Positions 24,053-32,291 of a DNA stretch of 32,291 bases are shown in pieces. The number at the start of each line of letters is the position of its first letter. Positions within the stretch are counted from its first letter, which is position 1. The DNA is taken from IMG/VR virus record IMGVR_UViG_3300045988_153208, one strand, 5' to 3'. Position numbers and translations under genes: made by a program. The notes beneath the pieces are model-generated. The model ran no database searches. It was given only the letters and a program-made list of their open reading frames with translations, and was not told where the DNA came from. The stretch comes from a virus.

Positions 24053-25240
24053 ATGTATTATAATTCTTATAATTAGAATTATTTTAATGAATTAAATAAA
24101 ATATTCAATAAATTTGATACTAATAATATTAATGATTATTATAATTTATTTAAATTAATATATGATATATATTTTAATGAAAATGTATTTATAATTGTTA
24201 ATGATGATATAAAATATCAATTAGAATCAAATTTAAAATTACTTATTAAAAAAAATAATTGGTTTATAGATTTTGAACAAACTGAAAAAAATATATTAAT
24301 TTCATTATTTATTATAATTACTTAGAAAATTAATTTTGGAAATTATTATCAAATTAATAATACATTAAAACAATAGATTGAATCATTATTATTAGATAAA
24401 AATTTAATTAATGAAAAAATGATTCATGATAGTAAAAATGTTTTTCATTTAGTTGATAGTTTTCCTGAAAATGAAAGTATGATTAAATTTTTTAAGCAAT
24501 ATAATATTGATATTATGAATTAGGAATTTTTAACTATTGGTAATACGAAAATTCCTAATTTTTATTTAAAACAAAAAAATAAAATGATAGATCATTATTA
24601 TGAATTTTGCCATTTATTATTTAAAATTTATAGTCCAATCTTATATTATGGTGTTTCATTTGAAGAAGGATATGAATATAAAATAACTAATAAAGATATT
24701 GTATTTGATTGTGGCGGAAATATGGGACTATTCGCGCTATACTGTGCTTCAAAAGGCGCGCAAGTATATTGTTTTGAGCCTATGTCTTATATTAGAGATT
24801 TTTTATATGAGAGTCAAAAATTATATCCTGATTTAATCCATATTATTCCTTGTGGAGTGTTTAATAGAAATTAGGAACAATATTTTTCTCAAACCTATAA
24901 TCCAGGAGCTGGATCGAATTCAATATTTCATGAATTAGAATATACATCTGATAGATTATATAAAGAAAAATGTAAGTTAATTACATTAGATTCATTTAGT
25001 TAGAATAATCATATTATTCCTACATTTATTAAAGCAGATATTGAAGGGTCTGAAGCACAAATGCTTGAAGGCGCTTCACAAATTTTACAAACATATAAAC
25101 CAACTATGAATATTTGTTTAAATCATCGGACGGAAGACCAATATAATATTCCTACCCTTATTTATAATATCAATTCTAATTATTCATTTTATTATTTTAT
25201 TGAAGGAGAAATACATTCTAAATTTGTATTGTGTAAATAA
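24053..25240 (+). CDS. FkbM-family SAM-dependent methyltransferase (395 aa; 6 in-frame TAG)
   Basis: VFDCGGNMGLFALYCASKGAQVYCFEP (motif I) and IKADIEGSEAQMLEGA (FkbM signature). No TAA or TGA for 396 codons at about 22% GC. Confidence 0.7.
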
Positions 25241-25242
25241 AT

Positions 25243-26196
25243 ATGCCAAATATTATTTTAACAGAATATTGTAATCTTCAATGCCCTTACTGTTTTGCTA
25301 GTAAAATGATTGAAGAAAAAACAGATGATACTAAAAATATTTCTCTTGAATAGTTAGATATGATTTTAAAATGGTTATTACCTTCAGCAACAAATTTAGA
25401 TCGGATTGGATTAATTGGAGGAGAACCTACTTTACATCCTTAGTTTAGAGAGATATTAGGTAGAATAAATTCATTTAATGAATTTACAAATACTTCTTCA
25501 ATAGTATTTACGAATGGAATTAATTTAAGTGAATTTTTATCTGCTATTGGACCAAATATGTCAATTTTAATTAATGTAAATAAATTGACTGGTAAATCAT
25601 TAAATAAACTTAATAGTGTATTAGATGAAATTAATTATTTAAGTTGGTTTAAAATTGATAAAGTTATTTTAGGATGTAATTTATATCAAAATGAAAATGA
25701 TTATTCTTATTTTTGGAATGTAGTTGATAAATATCCAGATATTTTAAGAATAAGAATGTCTATTACTGCACCCAATAGCAAAGAATTAAGAGTAAATAAA
25801 GAATTGTATTATACTATTATGAAACCTATATTATTACAATTTTTAGAAGAAACTAAAAAACGTGATATAAAAATTTCATATGATTGTAATTAGATTCCGT
25901 TATGTTTATTAAACAATGAAGAATAGAATTTAATAAATCAATTAGGGGAATTAAATAGTTTTTGTGAGCCCGTTATAGATATTACTCCAGATTTTAAAGC
26001 TACTTGCTGTTTTGGTGTTTATGATAATCCCATTCAATGTAATGATTTTAATAATATCGAAGAATTAACTAGATATTTTAAAAATCAAATAGTAATAAAA
26101 ACTATAAATAATAACACTTCCATGTGCAAAGATTGTAAAAAATTACAACTTGCTCAATGTCAAGGAGGATGTTTATCATTTTCTAATGTTGGGTAA
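25243..26196 (+). CDS. radical SAM enzyme with SPASM/twitch-like C-terminal Cys cluster (317 aa; 4 in-frame TAG)
   Basis: CNLQCPYC (CxxxCxxC) at residues 10-17. IGLIGGEPTLHP. C-terminal CCFGV...C...CKDCKKLQLAQCQGGC. Translationally coupled to the methyltransferase gene. Confidence 0.8.
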
Positions 26197-26254
26197 GTAT
26201 AAGTAATAAAGTTTTATAATTTTTTAATTCTAAAAAAGAAGGAGGAATTTTTTT

Positions 26255-26692
26255 ATGGCAAATATTACTTATGAATTAATTTTTAAATTTGCTTCTGGTA
26301 AAGAGGTAAATTTTATCGATGAAGAACATACATTTTCTATTGTAGAAGATTATCGTTCTCCAGTTCTTTTAACCCCTCAAATGTTTGGTATTGATGATTT
26401 ACGTGAGTATTATGCATTATTATTAATTGATGGTAAGCCTATGGAGGATTATGCATCAAATTATTGTAATTTTAAAAATTTTGGTAATTCTATTGTTGAT
26501 TTGCTTAATAATAAAGATACTATTTCAGAAATTATTTTAAAAGATATTGATACTAAAGGAGAATATTTTCATATAAATTCTGATCAATTAGTAGGTATTG
26601 AAGCTGGCGGAGGAACTGATAGAGGTTTTGATAATATAATGGTATACCGCATACAAATTTATTATAAAAAAGTTGGAAAAATAGGTGAGTAA
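26255..26692 (+). CDS. hypothetical protein (145 aa), no in-frame TAG
   Basis: Strong AAGGAGG RBS. ORF track. Confidence 0.6.
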   Translation: MANITYELIFKFASGKEVNFIDEEHTFSIVEDYRSPVLLTPQMFGIDDLREYYALLLIDGKPMEDYASNYCNFKNFGNSIVDLLNNKDTISEIILKDIDTKGEYFHINSDQLVGIEAGGGTDRGFDNIMVYRIQIYYKKVGKIGE

Positions 26693-26694
26693 TA

Positions 26695-27315
26695 ATGGGA
26701 GCTAATGCTACATCTGCGGGTAATTTAGTTAAACTATCTGATTTAGATGCGCTATATTTACGTTTATATAATTTAAAAGTAGCTCATATTAATGATGCAG
26801 ATTAGATTAATAAACCTGCTCTAACAGTTCCACCCAAAAGTAGTGGATTAATCCAAGGTAATAAAGTAGAAGTTTCAACCGCTAAAATTGCTACATTAAA
26901 ATCTGAACTAGCAAATTTAGCTCAATCAAAATGGTATTAGTCTAATACGGAGAATACTATAGTAACAATGACAGATTTTAGTACAAATATTAAAGTACCT
27001 AATGTAGGAGATTTATTAAAAAGCGTAGATTTTAATTTAATTGAAACTGCTATTACCTCTGCTGAAACTATTATACCTACTTATTCAAATAAATATAATG
27101 CTCGTTATAGTTTTCGTTATAGTGGTCATTATAGTTCTGATTATGGTACCTGTTATGATAGTCGTTATGGTACTTGTTATAGTAATTGTTATGGAGGCCG
27201 TTATAGTACTCGATATGGTACTTGTTATAGTTGTTATGGTTGTTATGGTTGTTATCGCAGATATAGTTCAAGGTATGGTAGATATGCTGCAAAAAATGTT
27301 CAAATTAGATGTTAA
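26695..27315 (+). CDS. Cys/Tyr/Gly/Ser/Arg-rich tandem-repeat peptide, candidate radical-SAM substrate (206 aa with 2 TAG from the 26695 ATG; 115 aa if it starts at the 26968 ATG)
   Basis: GGTGAG RBS and TAATAATG coupling at 26695. No TAA or TGA for 91 codons upstream of the track ORF 26968..27315. C-terminal 75 residues are [Y-x-x-X] repeats (YSFR, YSGH, YGTC x3, YSNC, YGGR, YSTR, YSC, YGC, YGC ...). Confidence 0.55.
27100..27290 (+). repeat. degenerate 9-12-nt tandem DNA repeats (CGTTATAGT / TGTTATGGT) encoding the YxxX peptide repeats
   Basis: Visible periodicity. All six reading frames are open across it, which gives spurious ORFs at 27041..27340 (+) and 27077..27292 (-). Confidence 0.7.
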
Positions 27316-27326
27316 AGGTGAATTAA

Positions 27327-28763
27327 ATGTTAATAAATAAATTAGATTTAATGGGATCCAGCAGCTGTGATTTAAAATGTTCTTATTGTTATATTACAAA
27401 AAATTGTTCATTTTATAATTATGATTCCGCCGTTCAAGAAGCTTGGGAAACTGGATCTTATTTAACTACTATTAAACAAGTTTTTTCGAAATTGGATGCA
27501 GACCCTACTCAAATAAAAGATTTAGAATTTTGGGGAGGAGAACCTACATTACATATTAAAGAAATGGCTTCTCAAGGAAAAGCATTAGGATAGTTATTTC
27601 CAGAAGTTGATTTTGTATTAATCCCAACTAATTGGTATTAGATTAATATGCAAGCCTTAGTAGATTTTATTTACAATTTTAATGATGGTATCTCTCCTCG
27701 TGGAAGTAAATCAAAAAATGTTAATTTTCATTTACAATTATCCATTGATGGGCCTCCTGGAGATTTTAATACTTATGGTCATAAAGTACCTTGGGATACT
27801 TATAAAAAACAATTTGATGATTTTTGTTTTTATTTAAAAGAAAAAGAAAATTCTGGAAGAGAATTAAAAAATATTAATATTATTTTCGCTATTAGTGGAA
27901 CCTCTTAGCAAAAATATATTTTAAAAAATTTAAATACTTTAGATAAAATAAAAGAATTTCAAGAATATATTAAAAAAGTTTGTAAATATGTAAATGATGA
28001 ACTAAAACAATTTAAAACTATAGATATATTTTTAGGAACTCCAATTTGGACTCCTACGGTAGCTATTCCAGATTCGACAACCACTGAAGAAGCATTAGAA
28101 TTAAATAAAATTGCACTAATGTTAGAATATAGCGATTATGTTAATGGAATAAAACCTTATAGTATTGATGCTAATGAGATTCAAGGGTTTCATGCAACTT
28201 ATGGAGAATTAAATGTATTGGATAGAAATCACGAATGTCCAGAGTCTAATGAACATGCAATTACATTAATGCCTGATGGAACTATTGCTGAATGTCCCTG
28301 TACCTTTTTATAGAATTTAGATTCTTATAAACAAGAATTATTAAATAATAAATAGTATTGGGAATATAAATCTTGTTTAATTAGAGATGGTAGTTTTTAT
28401 AATCCATTATTAGGTGATGAAAAACTTGATAATTACCATAGTTGGTATGTTTATGGTGGTGGATTTATTGGGACTAATTCTACTTATGCTAATTTAAATT
28501 TAAATATGGCTTATGAAATGGCTTTATCAAGATAGATTGATTATAACTATGCATTAAATCCAGAGTTATTAATGAGACATTATATGGCTATTTTTACAAC
28601 TGCTGAATGCTATCGTGAAAATGTTAATGTGACTCATAATCATTTTTTAACAGATCATAACATGTTTAGGCGTTGGTATAATGGTTATGCCGAATTAGGA
28701 TATAAAGATCATCGAGAGAAGATTAAAAAAATTATGGAAAATGTATTAAAAGGAGAAAATTAA
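27327..28763 (+). CDS. radical SAM enzyme with SPASM/twitch-like domain (478 aa; 6 in-frame TAG)
   Basis: AAGGTGA RBS. SSCDLKCSYC (CxxxCxxC). EFWGGEPTLH. C-terminal HECPESNEHAITLMPDGTIAECPC resembles the SPASM pdGdv..C element. Confidence 0.8.
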
Positions 28764-29947
28764 TGTTAGTACAAGAACAAGATAATCTCTTACTGCGAGA
28801 TATAATAGAACGTAATTATTATACATTTTTTCGTAAGGATGAGTATGTAAATAAAAATTTAAATATTTCTTTTTTCTATGATAATGATTATACTGATTAT
28901 AAAATTATTCCTAATTATGAGTCATTAGAAGATAAAAATGCTAACTTTGAATAGATTTATAATAATTTTAAATTATTTTTAAATTATTATAAAAGCCAAG
29001 GGTTTAATGCTAATATTAACATTCATGATGATAAATTTTTTGATAATTTTGAATTAAATTTATCACTATTTAATTTAATTTATGAACAAGAAATTAAATT
29101 TAAATCATTAAATTTTTATATTAGTTTATATAAATTTGAAGATTTAAATTCTCTATTTAATAAAATTAATATATTAAATAATAAATTTCATATAAATTTT
29201 GTTTTTAGCTTATTAATTTCTCAAATTGATTTATTTAAAAATCAAGATATTAATAATTTAAATTATAAATTAAATATTTTAATTCCTCCACAAATGCCGT
29301 CAGAAGAATTAATATTTAATTAGAAAATAATTGATAGTAATAATTTTAATATTGATTAGTATATTGAAGTTGATTCTGATTTATGGACTATCGAAGCGAT
29401 AGAGGATTATTTAAAATATTTAAATTATTTAATGGATAATTTAAATGATTTAAATGAAATTTTCTTTACAAATTTACCTATTGCTTTACAAGATTAGCAT
29501 GTATTAGATAATACAAATTGTAAAAAAAATTGTGATTTCCAAAATTCATTAAATGTTTTGATAGTAGATTTAAGCATTAATTTATGCCACAAATTTCAAT
29601 TTAAAGATTTAATTATTGGTAATTATATATATAATGAAGAAAATAATAAATTAGAAATTGTAAGTAAAAATCTTCCAACGATAATATTAGGGGCGCATTT
29701 AAAACGTTCTAGCACTCCTCATTGTGAAACTTGTTCTTATGTTAATATATGTCAAGGTTTTTGCTTTATGCGCTCTTATTTAAAATGCTATAATCCTATT
29801 ATACCTATTCAGGAAAGTTGTTTATTAAAAAAAATAAAATATAATTTTATTTTTAATAAATTAAAAAATCAAAATTTTAATATTGATAATAATTTAATTA
29901 TTTCAGATTTATATAAGCAATATTTACATCAAATCTTAAAACATTAG
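28763..29947 (+). CDS. SPASM-motif protein lacking the radical-SAM CxxxCxxC core (394 aa; 4 in-frame TAG)
   Basis: TAATG coupling. AAGGAG RBS. C-terminal HCETCSYVNICQGFC is an exact CX2CX5CX3C, with more Cys upstream. No N-terminal CxxxCxxC. Confidence 0.65.
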
Positions 29948-29961
29948 GGAGGGGAAAAATA

Positions 29962-30231
29962 ATGTATTTACCAATACATAATAATTATTATTATTTATTA
30001 ATTAATACTCCTCTTACTTATCCAATTTGTTTAGATGAAGAAGAAGCTCTAGCTTATTTAAAATATATTAATCGAGATGACTATCAATATAATAATATTG
30101 CTAATTATGATGTTCTTGATTATGAGAAAATAATATATATTGAAGTTTCTTTCCCAAATAATGAAGAAATTCAAAAATTACTTACTAAAATTAAAGATAA
30201 TATTGCAACCGGTTATGCATTAAGGAATTAG
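29962..30231 (+). CDS. hypothetical protein (89 aa), ends in TAG
   Basis: AGGGAGGGG RBS. If the TAG is sense the frame runs to a TGA at 30336, overlapping the next gene. Confidence 0.5.
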   Translation: MYLPIHNNYYYLLINTPLTYPICLDEEEALAYLKYINRDDYQYNNIANYDVLDYEKIIYIEVSFPNNEEIQKLLTKIKDNIATGYALRN

Positions 30232-30280
30232 TATAAAAATCGTCTTTTTGATTTTAGCAATTATAAAGAGGAGCGGCTTT

Positions 30281-31684
30281 ATGAACCTTCAAGCGCCAAA
30301 TATTGTGGATTGCCAAGAGATAACTTGTGATATGATAGAAGATTATCTTGCTAAACGATATCAATAGCAAGTATTAAAAACAAAATTTCCTTTTGATGTA
30401 GAAATACAATTAATTTTAGCTAGAAATTGTAATTTAAACTGTACTAATTGTTAGGCTGGTTGTAATATTAATGATAAAAATGAATTAATGACATTAGATG
30501 AAATTAAATACGCTATCCCTAAATTAAAAAAATTTTTTCAAGATAAAATTTTATAGATAGTTTTATTTGGTGGAGAACCATTATTAAATCCAGAGTATGA
30601 AGAAATTTGCTATTATGTACGAAGTGAATTACCAGAAGCCTCAATAGATATTTATACCAATGGTATTCTTAAATAGAATTGGACTGAAAAAGACTATGAA
30701 TTTGCAGTAAAAAATGAAGTACATTTTACACAAAGTTTATATCCATTAGGAGAATCGTATTTTAATAATACTTAGAAACAAGAAGAATTAATGACTAAAT
30801 TAGGCATTAAACATGAAATATGTGGAAATCGTCCTTTTTTTATTAAAGGAGGTTATAATAAAACAGGAAGTTCAAATCCGAATCGTTTTTTTTAGTGTTG
30901 TCATTCAATGTTTCCTCCTCATTTTTATTTATTTAAAAAATAGCTATGGCGATGCGCACCAACATTAAGTTGGGATAAAATTAATATTCCTTGTTTCCCA
31001 GAAGATTATTTAAATATTGATAATTTGACAGAAGAACGTTTTATCGAATATTGTAGCAAACCATTAAAAATATGTAAATATTGTGGAAACTCAGATGAAT
31101 TAGGATTTGGAAGTGATGAAATAATAACTTGGCATCATTAGAAAGATTTGCCCAGTAATTATGATTAGACTTTATATGATTTATATATAAATAATTATAA
31201 ATTATATTATAAGTATGTCCATGATTGCAAAACTATTCTTCCTTGTTTTGATAATTAGTATTTTATAGATAATATTAAAGCAGAGGATTTGCCTTCTCAT
31301 CCAAGTATAATGTTTTTAAAAAAATTTAAAACAGGATTAGGAGATGTATGTATCCCATTTGATAAAGAATCTTGTTAGGATATAAAAAATTTATTAAAAT
31401 TTAAAAAATTAATTTTAAATTAGAATAATTATTTAAATATAAATTTTTATTTTATTTCATTAGATGGAAATAAGCCAGCGAAATCTATTATTTATCGAAT
31501 GTTTCCTCCCGCTTCTTGCGATTTAGAAGGGAATATTTATTTATTAGAATCAGACAATCCCAATAATTTTTATCAAATATTTTTACAAAATAGTTATTTA
31601 AAAAAGAAAATCTGTATTTTAAACTATAAAGATTTATTAGATAAGAATTATTTATCAAATAAATTTAATGAAATGGATGGTTAA
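30281..31684 (+). CDS. radical SAM enzyme (467 aa; 12 in-frame TAG) with Cys-rich C-terminal half
   Basis: AAGAGGAG RBS. NCNLNCTNC (CxxxCxxC). VLFGGEPLLNP. Later CCHSMFPPHFY..., CSKPLKICKYCG, MFPPASCDLEGNIY. No TAA or TGA for 468 codons. Confidence 0.75.
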
Positions 31685-31687
31685 TAA

Positions 31688-32291
31688 ATGAGACAATTTG
31701 AATTTCCTTATAATTTTGATAAAAAATTGTTATATATTTTACAAACATTTACATCTGGTAATGATATTAATTGTATTTATTTACCTCCATATCTTAAAGA
31801 TTATTAGACAATTTTACGAACTGCTGAATAGGCAGAACAATTAGATAAAATGTCTCGACAAGAATACGAAGATCATCTAAATTTTATTAATTCATTATTC
31901 CCAAATAAAATTTAGATTTTATTATAGAAAACTAATATTTTTTTAAACGCTGAACTCGTAAAATATTATATTAATTTAGGTGTTAAAAATTTTTGTGTAG
32001 CATCTATTGAACAAGCTAAAATTATTAAATAGATTGATTCAACAATTAATATTGTTGGATCAATTGCTATGCAAATTACATAGGAAAAAATAATAAATAA
32101 TTTACAAGAATTTTCTCTTTATTTTGATAGTTTTGTTTTACCATTTTCTGCATCTCGTCAATTATCAGAATTAAAAAAATTACCAAAAAATTTTAATTAT
32201 ATTTTATTAATCAATTCTTTGTGTAGTATTAAATGTAATGGAAAAAATCATTGGAATTTTGATTATAAAGAAGATAAAGAGATATTTTGCC
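31688..32291 (+). CDS. hypothetical protein, 5' partial view (201 codons or more, runs off the window; 6 in-frame TAG)
   Basis: ATG 4 nt after the upstream stop. The frame stays open to the window edge apart from TAG. C-terminal-ward Cys pairs. No confident family call. Confidence 0.5.

Noticed and set aside
26200-26254. TTTTATAAT upstream of the 26255 gene as an internal promoter.
   Set aside because: No -35 or TG extension. An AT-rich -10-like hexamer is expected by chance at 22% GC.
27041-27340. A 99-aa hydrophobic V/I/M-rich + ORF (27041..27340) and a 71-aa N/H/Y-rich minus ORF (27077..27292) over the tandem repeat.
   Set aside because: These are alternative frames of a 9-12-nt DNA repeat in which all six frames stay open. 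Only the Cys/Tyr frame continues in-frame from an RBS-supported upstream start.
30860-30895. GTTCAAATCC T-loop-like string, checked as a possible suppressor tRNA.
   Set aside because: No complementary T-stem or acceptor stem. It lies in-frame inside the third rSAM gene (…GSSNPNR…).

Overview
The window reads as one contiguous stretch of a dsDNA phage genome, with every supported gene on the + strand. It has two very different parts. Positions 1 to about 23,300 are mid-GC (roughly 40-45%) and carry about 58 mostly small ORFs readable with the standard code and no in-frame TAG. They are organised into at least 10 transcription units, each headed by a near-identical sigma70-type promoter cassette (TTGATT-N17-TATAAT-ATATATATAAG), five of them fused to an upstream rho-independent terminator. 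Recognisable products in this part are a calcineurin-like metallophosphatase, a NUMOD4/HNH endonuclease, a free-standing GIY-YIG homing endonuclease (which itself contains in-frame TAG), an MH-clan (M20/M28-like) metallopeptidase-like domain fused to a zinc ribbon, a DUF551-like protein, two large Cys-rich paralogs, and many Zn-ribbon and small membrane proteins. From about 23,300 to the window end the GC drops to about 22-25%. Genes there can only be read if TAG is a sense codon, most plausibly Gln (code 15). Read that way, the region encodes an HNH-like protein, an FkbM-family methyltransferase, three radical-SAM enzymes with SPASM/twitch-like C-termini, a protein carrying only the SPASM CX2CX5CX3C motif, small ORFs, and a Cys/Tyr-rich tandem-repeat peptide. 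I interpret this as a candidate phage-encoded radical-SAM peptide-maturation (RiPP-like) cluster. Strong Shine-Dalgarno sites throughout argue for an SD-using, Firmicutes-like host. No rRNA, tRNA or CRISPR array was recognised.
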